A DNA stretch of 64,000 bases from Xanthobacteraceae bacterium (lineage in GTDB: Bacteria; Pseudomonadota; Alphaproteobacteria; Rhizobiales; Xanthobacteraceae), in assembly GCA_031291475.1 (NCBI GenBank), contig JARLIY010000171.1, positions 120,920 through 184,919 of the forward strand. Reading direction: 5' to 3'. The notes beneath the pieces are model-generated. The model had not been told where the DNA came from. It searched no databases and worked only from the letters and a program-made list of their open reading frames with translations. Of the stretch, positions 1-9,501 are shown in pieces; position 1 is the first letter of the stretch, and the number at the start of each line of letters is the position of its first letter. A program made the translations under genes and the position numbers.

Positions 1-922
1 CGGTGGGTTGACTGTGCCGGGCATTACCGGCGCCTTCACAAATTTCGGCTTCTCCGTGCCGCTTCCCGCCGTGAACCATATCTTCTCCGGCTTTGAATAT
101 CTCGGCGTAATCCTCGTCACCGCCATCCCGTTCGGCATCTACGACCTGGTCGAAGCGATGGATAACGTCGAGAGCGCGGAGGCCGCCGGCGATTCCTACC
201 CAACGACGCGCGTGCTGACCGCCGATGGCGTCGTCAGCCTCATCGGCTGCCTGATGGGCAATCCGTTCATCAACGCGGTCTATATCGGCCATCCCGGCTG
301 GAAGGCGATGGGCGGCCGGATCGGCTACTCGGCGGCAACCGGAATCATGGTGATCATCCTGTCCTGGTTCGGCGTGATTTCGCTGCTCCTGGCCATCATA
401 CCGGTCGTGGCGATCTATCCGATCCTGCTCTACATCGGCATGCTGATCGGCGCTCAGGCGTTCCAAAGCACGCCGAAGGGACACGCGCCCGCCATCGTGC
501 TAGCGCTGACGCCGCATCTTGCCGCTTGGGCCGGCGTGCAGTTGGACGGCGTGCTGCATGCGGTCGGGACCGACGCGGCGACGCTCGGCTTGGACAAACT
601 CGCCAACCAGGGCGTTCTCTACGCGGGCATCAAGGTCATGGGCGGCGGCTCGATCTTGACTGGGCTGGTGCTTGCCGCGGTAGGCGCCTTCATCATCGAC
701 AAGAAGTTCGTCAACGCATCGGCCTTCGCGCTTGCCGGAGCTATACTTACCTTTTTCGGCTTCATGCACGGAGAAGCGATCGGCATCGCGGTGACGCCGG
801 TCGTTGCGATCGCGTATCTGATCGTGGCGGTCTTCTTGTTCGGGCTCAGCCGCATGCCGGCGAGCGCGCTTGACCGCACCGCGCCGCACGAGGGGGTACC
901 GGACGCCGTGCCTGCGGAGTAA
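1..922 (+). CDS. NCS2/AzgA-like nucleobase (xanthine/uracil/purine) permease, C-terminal part; gene runs off the left edge
   Basis: Open frame from the window edge to TAA at 920-922. Multi-TM glycine-rich sequence (GNPFINAVYIGHPGWKAMGGRIGYSAATG...) that I recognise as the xanthine/uracil permease superfamily. Followed by a hairpin terminator. Confidence 0.6.
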   Translation, partial: GGLTVPGITGAFTNFGFSVPLPAVNHIFSGFEYLGVILVTAIPFGIYDLVEAMDNVESAEAAGDSYPTTRVLTADGVVSLIGCLMGNPFINAVYIGHPGWKAMGGRIGYSAATGIMVIILSWFGVISLLLAIIPVVAIYPILLYIGMLIGAQAFQSTPKGHAPAIVLALTPHLAAWAGVQLDGVLHAVGTDAATLGLDKLANQGVLYAGIKVMGGGSILTGLVLAAVGAFIIDKKFVNASAFALAGAILTFFGFMHGEAIGIAVTPVVAIAYLIVAVFLFGLSRMPASALDRTAPHEGVPDAVPAE

Positions 923-935
923 TCGGATAGCGCTG

Positions 936-983
936 AAAAAAAACGGTCGCCTCTCCGCCATTCGGGGGGGAGGCGATTTTTTT
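936..983. terminator. Bidirectional rho-independent terminator between convergent permease and CoxL-like genes
   Basis: A8 run, then GC hairpin tcgcctctcc/ggggaggcga (947-976), then T7 run. Confidence 0.7.
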
Positions 984-3318
984 ATTCCACAGCCGCTTTG
1001 GCCGCGCCGCGCCCGTGGATGGCTTGCCAGATGCGGCTCGGCGTTGCCGGCATATCGATGTGATCGATGCCGAGCGGTTTGAGCGCATCGAGGATGGCGC
1101 CGATGACAGCCGGCGGCGCGCCGGTCGCGCCCGCTTCGCCGGCACCCTTAATGCCGAGCGGATTGGTCGTCGCCGGCACTTCGGTCAGTTCAGAGATAAG
1201 ATCGGGGAAGTCGTCGGCGCGCGGCATGGCGTAATCCTGGAAGCTGCCGGTGACGAGCTGCCCGTCCGCATCGAACACGATTGATTCCATCAAGGCCTGG
1301 CCGACGCCCTGCGCCACGCCGCCGTGAATCTGCCCCTCGCAAAGCAGGTGGTTCAGGACCTTGCCGACGTCATCGACAGCGGCGTAGCGCACGAGCGTGA
1401 CCACGCCGGTCTCCGGATCGATCTCGACTTCGCAAAGATGGCAGCCGTTGGGAAAGTTCGACGGCTCGGCGGCGAATGTGCCCGAGGCTTCGAGGCCGAC
1501 CTCGAACTGCGGCGGCAGGAACATCGGCCGGTGAAGCGACTGGGCCACGGCGGTCAGCGGCAGCGTACGATCGGTGCCGACAATGTGGAAACTGCCGTCT
1601 TTGAACTCGATGTCGTCGGCGGCGGCCTCCATCATCATCGCTGCCATCGGCTTGGCCTTCTCGATGATGGCGTCCGCCGCCTTTTTGAGCGCGTTGCCGC
1701 CCACATGCATGCTGCGCGACCCGTAAGTGCCGCGGCCGACGGCCACTTCATTGGTGTCACCCTGGACGAAGCCGATCGACTCGAACGGCACGCCGAGCCA
1801 TTCGCTCACCATCTGCGCGTAAGTGGTGTGGTGGCCCTGGCCGTGCGAATGGGTGCCGGCGAGGATGGTCACCGTGCCGCTCGGATCGAAGCGTATGACC
1901 ATGCGGTCGTTGAATATCGCGGCTTGCTCGATGAAATAGCCGATACCGCGTCCGCGTAGTTTGCCACGCTTCTTTGATTCTGCCGCGCGTTTGGCGAAAC
2001 CGCTCCAGTCGGCGAGCTTGAGGCATTCGTCCATAACGTGCGTGAAATCGCCGCTGTCATAGGTGAGGCCGGTCTGAATCTGGTGCGGCATGGCTGAGGC
2101 CGCAATCATATTGCGCCGCCTGATCTCGATCGCATCGACGCCAACGACGAGCGCCGCGCGGTCGAGCAACTGCTCGATGAGATACGCGGCCTCCGGCCGT
2201 CCGGCGCCGCGATAGGGTTGCAGCGGCGGCGTATTCGTAAGTACGGCCTTGCCGACGGCGTGTACCGCCGGGATGTTGTACACGCCCGGGGCTAGCCGCA
2301 GCGCGGACAACGGCACAACCATTGACGCGTCGAATACGTGCGAGCCCATGTCATGCAGCGCATTGACGCGCATGCCGAGGATCTTGCCGCGTTCGTCGAG
2401 CGCCAGCTCGCCGGTCACGATTTGCGCGCGCCCGTGCGAATCGCTGAGGAAGGCCTCCGACCGCGTCGATACCCATTTGACCGGACGGCCGTCGCAGCGG
2501 CGCGAGGCCCACAAAACCAGCCCTTCCTCGGGATAAACCGCGCCTTTCATGCCAAAGCCGCCGCCGACGTCGGGTGAAATCACCCGCAGCTTGACCTCGG
2601 ACACTTTCAGCACGTCGCGAGCCATGTGCGAGCGGGTGCCGTGGGGATTTTGCGTGGTGCTGTAAAGCGTATAGCCGTCGGTGTCGGGATGGTATTGGCC
2701 GATGGCCGCGCGCGCTTCGATCGAATTGGCGATAATGCGGTTGTTGGTCAGCGTGACGGAAACGACGTGCTTGGCCTTGGCAAAGGCGCCATCGGTGGCA
2801 TCCTTGTTCCCCATCATCAGGGCGACGGAGACATTGTCGGGAGCCTCGTCCCACACCGCGGGCGCGCCGGGTTTGAGCGCATCTTCGATCGCGATCACCG
2901 ACGGCAGCGGCTCGTAGTCGACCTCCACCAGTTCGGCGGCGTCGCGCGCCTGCGCCTGCGTTTCGGCAACAACGAAGGCAACGCGATCGCCGATCGCGCG
3001 CACCTTGCCGCTCGAGAGGATCGGTCGCAGCGTCCGGAATCCCTTCGGTCCGCCCATGTCTTCGGGCATGAGCGGTACGAGGCTGCCCAGATTGTCGGCC
3101 GCAACGTCCGACCCGGTCAGCACGGCGAGGACGCCTGCGGCAGCTTTGGCTTTCGTCGTATCGATGCGCTTGATGCGCGCATGCGCGTGCGGCGACATGA
3201 CCAGCACGCCGTAACATTGGCGCGGCAGGTCGATGTCGTCGACGAAGCGTCCGCGGCCGGTGATGAAGCGTGGGTCCTCCAGCCGGGGGACGGGCTGGCC
3301 AATGCCGAATTTCTTCAC
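982..3318 (-). CDS. Molybdopterin-binding large subunit of the xanthine dehydrogenase / CoxL family (form-II-like motif PYRGAGR); orphan, with no small or medium subunit gene nearby
   Basis: N-terminus KKFGIGQPVPRLEDPRFITGRGRFVDD and the YRGAGRPEA motif. Start moved to GTG at 3318, preceded by GGAGGA (3325-3330) with a 6-nt spacer. The track ORF extends to 3393 without an RBS. Confidence 0.85.
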   Translation of the reverse strand: MKKFGIGQPVPRLEDPRFITGRGRFVDDIDLPRQCYGVLVMSPHAHARIKRIDTTKAKAAAGVLAVLTGSDVAADNLGSLVPLMPEDMGGPKGFRTLRPILSSGKVRAIGDRVAFVVAETQAQARDAAELVEVDYEPLPSVIAIEDALKPGAPAVWDEAPDNVSVALMMGNKDATDGAFAKAKHVVSVTLTNNRIIANSIEARAAIGQYHPDTDGYTLYSTTQNPHGTRSHMARDVLKVSEVKLRVISPDVGGGFGMKGAVYPEEGLVLWASRRCDGRPVKWVSTRSEAFLSDSHGRAQIVTGELALDERGKILGMRVNALHDMGSHVFDASMVVPLSALRLAPGVYNIPAVHAVGKAVLTNTPPLQPYRGAGRPEAAYLIEQLLDRAALVVGVDAIEIRRRNMIAASAMPHQIQTGLTYDSGDFTHVMDECLKLADWSGFAKRAAESKKRGKLRGRGIGYFIEQAAIFNDRMVIRFDPSGTVTILAGTHSHGQGHHTTYAQMVSEWLGVPFESIGFVQGDTNEVAVGRGTYGSRSMHVGGNALKKAADAIIEKAKPMAAMMMEAAADDIEFKDGSFHIVGTDRTLPLTAVAQSLHRPMFLPPQFEVGLEASGTFAAEPSNFPNGCHLCEVEIDPETGVVTLVRYAAVDDVGKVLNHLLCEGQIHGGVAQGVGQALMESIVFDADGQLVTGSFQDYAMPRADDFPDLISELTEVPATTNPLGIKGAGEAGATGAPPAVIGAILDALKPLGIDHIDMPATPSRIWQAIHGRGAAKAAVE

Positions 3319-3432
3319 GCGTTTCCTCCTCGACGTTAGTCGCTTCGGGGCGCGATACCCGCCGGCATCGACCCGCGCGATCTCTGCGTTCACTCGTTAT
3401 ACTCATCACGGCCGGTAATCAAAGAGGCCGCC

Positions 3433-4833
3433 TTGGCTGAACGCGTGCGATCTGCCCATCAACCGGCCCACTTCGAGGGGGTGTCCGCGCTGGGCGAACT
3501 TTTCGGCCATCCGAAGGCCCTGACTTTCCTGTTCACTACCGAGATGTGGGAGCGCTTCTCGTATTACGGGATGCGCTCGCTCCTCGTGCTCTACATGACC
3601 AAATACCTGCTCATGCCGGGACATGCCGGCGCGGTCTTTGGCCTGACCGGGGTCAGAACCGCGCTGGAGGCGGTATTCGGCCGGCTCGACGCGCAGCCTT
3701 TGTCGTCGCAAATCTACGGCTTCTACACGGCGCTCGTCTATCTGACCCCGATCTTCGGCGGCCTTCTCGCCGATCGCGTGCTCGGCCAGCGCCGTACGGT
3801 CGTCGTCGGCGCGATCCTCATGGCGATCGGGCATTTCATGATGGCGGTGGAGCAGCTCTTCCTGTTGGCGCTGCTCGCGCTGATCCTCGGCAGTGGCGCG
3901 TTCAAGCCGAATATCTCCACCCAGGTCGGCGGACTCTATGCTCCCGGCGACCGGCGCCGTGACCGCGCCTATTCCATCTTTTATGTCGGCATCAATATCG
4001 GCGCCTTCCTGGCGCCGCTCGTTTGCGGCACGCTAGGCGAGCAAGCAGGCTGGCATTACGGCTTCGCCGCTGCGGGAATCGGCATGCTGATCGGGCTTTC
4101 GATCTATCTTTATGCCATGCCGCTCCTGCCGCCGGACGAGCTGCAAAAGGCGAAAGCCGTGCATGCCGTGAGAAGGCCGCTCGACCGCGAGGAATGGCGC
4201 GCGGTCATCGCCATCCTCGTTCTGTTCGTACCCACCGCGCTGCTCTGGGCGACCTACGAACAGGGCGGCAACACCATCGTCTTGTGGGCCGACGGGAATA
4301 CCGACCGCACTATCGGCTTGTTGGGCGTTACCGCCGAAATTCCGACCACGTGGTTTCTCGCCTTCAATCCGTTCATGATCTTTGCTTTCACGCCGTTGGT
4401 CGTGGCGCTGTGGTCGCGGCAGGCGGCGCGCGGGAGGGAGCCTTCGACCATCACCAAGATGGCGCTCGGTTGCTTTGCCGTCGCCGTCTCCTATCTCATC
4501 ATGGCCGCGGCCGGCTGGCAGGCCGCCGTGGGAAAGGCAAGTTGGCTGTGGCTCTTCGGCTATTTCGTCGTCATCACGATCGGCGAGCTTTATCTGTCGC
4601 CGATCGGGCTTTCGCTGGTCACCAAAATCGCTCCCGCGCGCATCCTGTCGATGATGATGGGTGTGTGGCTGGCGACGAGTTTCATCGGCGGCTTTCTCGC
4701 GGGCTATATTGGCAGCTTTTGGAGCCGGATGGAAAAGCCGGAGTTTTTTCTCATGGTAGCGGGGATCGCCGCGGTCGCCGGCATCATCATATTTCTCTGC
4801 CGCTGGCCGCTCAGAGGGGTGTTGAGGGAGTAA
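3433..4833 (+). CDS. Proton-dependent oligopeptide transporter (POT/PTR2 family, DtpT-like)
   Basis: PTR2 signature region FGHPKALTFLFTTEMWERFSYYGMRSLLVLYM; about 12 hydrophobic segments; TTG start as in the ORF track. Confidence 0.85.
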   Translation: MAERVRSAHQPAHFEGVSALGELFGHPKALTFLFTTEMWERFSYYGMRSLLVLYMTKYLLMPGHAGAVFGLTGVRTALEAVFGRLDAQPLSSQIYGFYTALVYLTPIFGGLLADRVLGQRRTVVVGAILMAIGHFMMAVEQLFLLALLALILGSGAFKPNISTQVGGLYAPGDRRRDRAYSIFYVGINIGAFLAPLVCGTLGEQAGWHYGFAAAGIGMLIGLSIYLYAMPLLPPDELQKAKAVHAVRRPLDREEWRAVIAILVLFVPTALLWATYEQGGNTIVLWADGNTDRTIGLLGVTAEIPTTWFLAFNPFMIFAFTPLVVALWSRQAARGREPSTITKMALGCFAVAVSYLIMAAAGWQAAVGKASWLWLFGYFVVITIGELYLSPIGLSLVTKIAPARILSMMMGVWLATSFIGGFLAGYIGSFWSRMEKPEFFLMVAGIAAVAGIIIFLCRWPLRGVLRE

Positions 4834-4926
4834 GGTGGCGTTCGCTAGCCCACGAAGGCCGCGGCGAGGGAATTACCGGCGTGGATAAGGCTATAGCCCG
4901 CGGACGATCTCGACTAGTAGTCGTGC

Positions 4927-5208
4927 ATGAAATTCAAAAACCGGAACCTTCGCGCTTTGGCCGAAATGGTCATTGGGTACAATGGCAGATTCCCTTATCG
5001 CTCCAGCAGTTACATCACTCAATTTTTTGAGGAATGCGATCTAAATCTCGTTCACGATGGCTCAACGCGATGGGCATGGACGGCGGATCGGTTGGCGGAG
5101 TTGCTGAGTGAACCGCAAGAGGCGCCCAATCGTTTGCCTCCGCGTTTCGTCCACGTCCTGCGAGTCCTAATGCAGAAAGCAGATGCGGCAGACGAGGTGT
5201 CGGGGTAA
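4927..5208 (+). CDS. Small hypothetical protein (93 aa) in an AT-richer pocket; possibly a stand-alone or truncated N-terminal domain
   Basis: ATG ORF with coding-like composition that differs from the flanks; no family firmly recognised. Confidence 0.45.
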   Translation: MKFKNRNLRALAEMVIGYNGRFPYRSSSYITQFFEECDLNLVHDGSTRWAWTADRLAELLSEPQEAPNRLPPRFVHVLRVLMQKADAADEVSG

Positions 5209-5265
5209 AGGGGAGTAGCGAGGGGGGCGAGGGGGACCCCACGCTATCTTGGTGGTCTCGCGCCC

Positions 5266-5300
5266 CAAAAGAATCATGCCCCGGCACAAAGCCGGGCATG
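5266..5300 (-). terminator. rho-independent terminator of rpoH
   Basis: On the minus strand, hairpin catgcccggc-tttgt-gccggggcatg followed by attctttt, 30 nt after the rpoH stop. Confidence 0.75.
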
Positions 5301-5330
5301 ATGAACATAAATGCTTGCGTGGAAGACGAT

Positions 5331-6242
5331 CTAATGCGCCGCCGCAGCGACAGCCGCGTGCGGCGGATTTTCCAGGGCGCTGATGCGGCTCTTGACCGCC
5401 TTCTGCACCTTCTCGAAAGCGCGCACTTCGATCTGGCGCACGCGCTCGCGCGAAACGCCGAACTCGTCGGCGAGCTCTTCGAGCGTGATCGGCTCATCGG
5501 CAAGGCGGCGCGCCTCGAAGATGCGCCGTTCCCGGTCGTTGAGCACGGTGAGCGCTTCGCCCAAAGCCTCGTGACGGTTCTCTGATTGCTCGGATTCGGC
5601 GAGCCGGCTTTCCTGGCTGACGCTGTCGTCCACGAGCCAGTCCATCCACTCGCCGGAATCGCCGTCCTCGCGGATCGGCGCGTTGAGCGAGGCGTCGCCG
5701 CCGAGCCGGCGGTTCATGTCGACCACGTCCTGCTCGGTCACGCCCAGACGCTTGGCGATGAGCTTGACCTGATCGGGCCGCATATCGCCTTCGTCGAGCG
5801 CGGAAATCCGGCTCTTGGCCTTGCGCAGATTGAAGAACAGCTTTTTTTGGTTCGCGGTGGTACCCATCTTCACCAGCGACCACGAGCGCAGGATGTATTC
5901 CTGGATCGCGGCCTTGATCCACCACATCGCGTAGGTCGCCAGCCGGAAGCCCTTGTCGGGCTCGAAGCGCTTGACCGCCTGCATCAGCCCGACGTTGCCT
6001 TCCGAGATGACTTCCGAGATCGGCAGGCCGTAGCCGCGATAGCCCATGGCGATCTTGGCCACGAGCCGCAAATGGCTGGTGACGAGCTTGTGCGCGGCTT
6101 CGCGATCTTCGTGCTCGCGCCAGCGCTTGGCCAGCATGAATTCTTCCTGCGGTTCCAACATCGGGAACCGCCGGATCTCTTCGAGGTATCTGGTCAGGCC
6201 GGTTTCACCCGACAGAACCGGCAAGGCAGCAGTGTGGGCCAT
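5331..6242 (-). CDS. rpoH: RNA polymerase sigma-32 (heat-shock sigma factor)
   Basis: Sigma-70 family regions 2-4 plus the RpoH box QKKLFFNLRK; N-terminus LTRYLEEIRRFPMLEPQEE. Confidence 0.95.
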   Translation of the reverse strand: MAHTAALPVLSGETGLTRYLEEIRRFPMLEPQEEFMLAKRWREHEDREAAHKLVTSHLRLVAKIAMGYRGYGLPISEVISEGNVGLMQAVKRFEPDKGFRLATYAMWWIKAAIQEYILRSWSLVKMGTTANQKKLFFNLRKAKSRISALDEGDMRPDQVKLIAKRLGVTEQDVVDMNRRLGGDASLNAPIREDGDSGEWMDWLVDDSVSQESRLAESEQSENRHEALGEALTVLNDRERRIFEARRLADEPITLEELADEFGVSRERVRQIEVRAFEKVQKAVKSRISALENPPHAAVAAAAH

Positions 6243-6445
6243 GACAGCGCCCTTTCCTAAATTCGCGCCCCCGCTAGCGGCAGGCGGTGGTGCCGTCGCT
6301 CCCTAAGCCGACGGCATAAATGTCCTTATCTCGCACCTGCAGCATACACGGTCTAACCCGGCGAGCGGTAGTAAAGAGGTATCAATTCGGCGCGACGCTG
6401 CCTTGATTTGGCTCAACAGGCTAAATTTGCCTGAGCCAACAAGCT

Positions 6446-7471
6446 CTATTTATCGCCAGAATCAGCCGATACGGCCGCCAGCATAGCATGCAAACGGGCA
6501 AGATCGGCCGGCAGTTCCGATCGGAACCGCAGGATTTTACCGGTAAGGGGGTGTTCGATTGTCAATATGCGGGCATGAAGGGCCTGTCCGCCAAGGGTCC
6601 TGAGCGCCTCCTGAGCCGGTCCGGGCAGCAGGGCGGCCTTGGTCCGGAAACCCGGCCCGTAGACGTTGTCTCCCAGAAGGGGATGGCCGATGGCCGCCAA
6701 ATGCACCCGAATCTGATGGGTGCGGCCGGTTTCGAGCCGGCAGGCGAGCAGGCTTGCCACCGGCTTTTTCCGGGTTCCCGGTAGACCGCCATAACGCTCG
6801 AGCACTTCCCAATGGGTGACCGCTTCGCGCCCGTCTTCGCGGACCGCCATGCGGTCGCGGGCGGTACGGTGCCGGGCGATTGCCCGGTCGATGCTGCCGC
6901 GCGTCCGCTCGGGCGCACCCCAGACGAAGGCGAGGTAACCGCGCTCGAACGGCCCGCCATCGCGGCCGTGGCCGGCGAATTGTGCCGCTAGCGCCTTGTG
7001 CGCGCGGTCGTTCTTCGCCACCACCATCAGCCCGCTGGTGTCCTTGTCGAGGCGGTGAACGATGCCCGGGCGCCGCTCGCCGCCGATGCCGGACAGGCTG
7101 TCGCCGCAGTGGGCGACGAGCGCATTGACCAACGTGCCGGTCCAGTGCCCGGCGGCGGGATGCACGACGAGCCCCTTCGGCTTATCGATTACGATGATGT
7201 CGGCATCCTCGAAAACCACATTGAGCGGAATAGGCTCCGCCGCGGGCTTGGCGGGAGCGGCCGGCGGCACGTCGACGACGATCGCGGCGCCGGAATTGAC
7301 GCGGTGGCCGGGATCACGGATCGTGCGGCCGTCGACCGCGACGGCGCCGGCCTCGATCAGCGCTTTGAGTCGCGTCCGCGAAAGCTCGGTGACGTGTGCG
7401 GCGAGCACGCGGTCGAGGCGTCCGCCGGGTTCGTCGTCCGCGACGCGGACCGTTTTCTGCGTGGACTTCAT
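6446..7471 (-). CDS. rluD: RluA/RluD-family 23S rRNA pseudouridine synthase with N-terminal S4 domain
   Basis: Catalytic motif HRLDKDTSGLMVVAKND, an S4-like N-terminus, and C-terminal TGRTHQIRVH. Confidence 0.9.
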   Translation of the reverse strand: MKSTQKTVRVADDEPGGRLDRVLAAHVTELSRTRLKALIEAGAVAVDGRTIRDPGHRVNSGAAIVVDVPPAAPAKPAAEPIPLNVVFEDADIIVIDKPKGLVVHPAAGHWTGTLVNALVAHCGDSLSGIGGERRPGIVHRLDKDTSGLMVVAKNDRAHKALAAQFAGHGRDGGPFERGYLAFVWGAPERTRGSIDRAIARHRTARDRMAVREDGREAVTHWEVLERYGGLPGTRKKPVASLLACRLETGRTHQIRVHLAAIGHPLLGDNVYGPGFRTKAALLPGPAQEALRTLGGQALHARILTIEHPLTGKILRFRSELPADLARLHAMLAAVSADSGDK

Positions 7472-7507
7472 TTTTAGCTTCTTTGGGCAATAACCCTGGC
7501 ATCCGGA

Positions 7508-7891
7508 ATGAACAAATTAGCTGCCGCGCAATCGCAAAGCGACGGGGACGAAGCCGCCCCGCACCGGATCGCTGCAGAGGCGGCCGACGCCGCGGCTTCC
7601 CGCATGGTCGCGCGGGTGCGCTTGCTCATGATCATATCCGGTCTCACCACACTCATCGCAATCGCTGCGGTGGTGAGCGTCGTCGGCTACCGTGTTTTCC
7701 GCGCCGGGGGCGCCGCCGCGACCGCTGAGGGCATCATCGTCTTGCCGAAGGGGGCGCGCGTGGTCGGAAGTTCCCTGGCCGACGATCGCATCGTGGTCAC
7801 GCTCGATATCGGCGGTGCAACGGAAATTCGCACCTTCGACGCCAAGACGCTCAAGGAGACTGGTCGCATCCGGTTCGCCACCGAGCCGTGA
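7508..7891 (+). CDS. Hypothetical membrane-anchored protein (single TM, 127 aa)
   Basis: ATG ORF with one hydrophobic helix (LLMIISGLTTLIAIAAVVSVVGY); divergent from rluD. Confidence 0.55.
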   Translation: MNKLAAAQSQSDGDEAAPHRIAAEAADAAASRMVARVRLLMIISGLTTLIAIAAVVSVVGYRVFRAGGAAATAEGIIVLPKGARVVGSSLADDRIVVTLDIGGATEIRTFDAKTLKETGRIRFATEP

Positions 7892-7898
7892 AGCAGCT

Positions 7899-8101
7899 GT
7901 CATTCCGGGGCGCCGCGAAGCGGCGAACCCGGAATCCATAACCACGCACACTTGCAGTCGGGCACAAGGCTTCCCCTCGAAAATAGTGGATATGGATTCC
8001 GGACAGCCTCGCTTCCGCCTTCGCGCTCCGCGCTTCGGCGGACTCAACCCGCCGTAGCTCGCAAGGCGAGCGAAGGCGGGTCGCTCGGCTTCCGGAATGA
8101 C
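7899..8101. repeat. Nested palindromic REP/MITE-like element (family A: gtcattccgggg...cccggaatccat // atggattccgg...ccggaatgac)
   Basis: Left arm 7899-7940 is the inverted complement of the ends of the right part 7991-8101. The right part carries a second nested inverted repeat (ccgccttcgc...gcgaaggcgg). Same termini as the copies at 27392-27433 and 49858-49961. Confidence 0.8.
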
Positions 8102-8149
8102 GCACCGCTTGCACGCCTCCGCCATTCGGGGTTTATTCCAAAAACGCAG

Positions 8150-8225
8150 GCTCCCTTCGTCTAGCGGTCTAGGACGCGGCCCTCTCAAGGCTGAAACACG
8201 GGTTCGATTCCCGTAGGGAGCGCCA
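8150..8225 (+). tRNA. tRNA-Glu (anticodon CUC), encoded CCA end
   Basis: Acceptor stem GCTCCCT/AGGGAGC; anticodon stem CGGCC/GGCTG with loop CT-CTC-AA; T-arm GGGTTCGATTCCC; 76 nt; aligns position by position with my recollection of E. coli tRNA-Glu. Confidence 0.93.
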
Positions 8226-8227
8226 GC
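8211..8227 (+). repeat. att-like direct repeat, copy 1 (3' end of tRNA-Glu)
   Basis: ccgtagggagcgccagc is identical to 15675-15691. Confidence 0.75.
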
Positions 8228-8482
8228 GTTTTCAGTGATTTACAGTTTCCTAAAAATCCACTTTCAACGGACTTTCAATATCTAGCTTGTGGACTTCGCG
8301 TTTTTTTGCGTAGTCGCCTGTCCGCCGCACTGAACCACTAGGCCTAGAACCGCGCCGGTAGCAGCGGCGCTGATCAGTTAGCGGCCTCCGTCACGAACCA
8401 TTTACCATCCACCGCAATCTCAGGGTCTCTGCAGGCGGTAAGTCGTCGGAATGCGCAGTTGTTAAGGCGTGGATCCCACTTA

Positions 8483-9244
8483 TTACCGGGCAGCAGCGTC
8501 GATCATTTGTGCGAGCGCGAGACCAACACACTTATAGCCTTCAGCGGAGTTGTGGAGGCCGTCCCACGAGACCAGCCCTGTGACGCCCCCCTCGATCGCC
8601 CGCTTCATCATCAGAAATCGTGGAAAATAGCCGACTTTCTGCTCGTCCGCGACATCTTCGATTATTTTTTCCATCCGAATATAGCGCGTAGTCGCGAGCA
8701 CGAGCGGCGCATACTGGAGATCCAGCAGCACGACGTCGATTTTGGCGGTCTTGAGCCGCCTCACGGAATCGCTGAGCATTTCCTTCGCGTTGTCGGCAAT
8801 ACCCCGCCACACCACGTCGTTGGTTCCGATCTGCCACACCAGCAAATCGGGCTTGTAGCGCAGGACGTCGGCGTCGATTCGACTGATGTTGTCGGCTAGG
8901 TCCTCCATGATACGACCGCTGTTGATCAACTCGATTCTGCCGGAGGAGCGCAACCGCGACAACTCCTCCTTCATCACGTCGGGGAAGGCCCCGCCATGTC
9001 CAAAAGTTCCGAAACCGGTTGTGGACGAGGAGCCGAGCGCGACGATAGTTAGTGGCTCGCCCGCTTTCAACTTCGCCCTAGTGTGCGCGAGTGTTGCGCC
9101 GAGCGTCAATCCGTTTTTAAAGGCAAGGCAGGCGGCGGAGGGGGCGTCTGAGCCGCTTTGGTCCTGCGCATCACTAGCAGTCCAGCAGAGATTCAGCAGG
9201 AGCGCCAACAATAGCAAACCGGGAAAACGAAAACGCTTGGACAT
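8483..9244 (-). CDS. Secreted SGNH/GDSL-family hydrolase (lipase/esterase)
   Basis: Block I IVALGSSST, block V-like WDGLHNS, and a WQIGTNDV block. Signal peptide MSKRFRFPGLLLLALLLNLCWTASDA. Start moved to the ATG at 9244, where the signal peptide begins. Confidence 0.8.
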   Translation of the reverse strand: MSKRFRFPGLLLLALLLNLCWTASDAQDQSGSDAPSAACLAFKNGLTLGATLAHTRAKLKAGEPLTIVALGSSSTTGFGTFGHGGAFPDVMKEELSRLRSSGRIELINSGRIMEDLADNISRIDADVLRYKPDLLVWQIGTNDVVWRGIADNAKEMLSDSVRRLKTAKIDVVLLDLQYAPLVLATTRYIRMEKIIEDVADEQKVGYFPRFLMMKRAIEGGVTGLVSWDGLHNSAEGYKCVGLALAQMIDAAAR

Positions 9245-9501
9245 CGGTTGGCGGAATCTTTTTTTTGTAGCTGCCACCGGTCCGATCGATTTCGCCTTTT
9301 CAACGATCATTTCGCGGTTTTCCAAATTGTTAGAGCGCACGAAGAATACCCACGCTGGGCGCCGCGGCCTCCGCGAATTCCCACTCACCTTCTATTGGGG
9401 GCAACGTTAGCAATAGCGTAGCTCAGCCGCCGGACCGCACAGCTTACGAATGATAAGCAAAACTGGTCAGTCTTGATGATATAGCTAAATCAATAATAGC
9501 G

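Noticed and set aside
6292-6315. 7-bp-stem hairpin (gccgtcg...cgacggc) in the rpoH leader as a possible RNA thermometer; also the palindrome ttggctca...tgagccaa at 6408-6439
   Set aside because: The hairpin does not sequester the actual SD or start codon, and I know of no such thermosensor for alphaproteobacterial rpoH. The second palindrome is most simply the rluD transcription stop. The evidence is insufficient to report either as a feature.
7517-8188. 223-aa ORF and several 60-120-aa ORFs across 7.5-8.2 kb
   Set aside because: They run through the nested palindromic REP element and into the tRNA gene. These are the characteristic pseudo-peptides generated by REP sequences, not genes.
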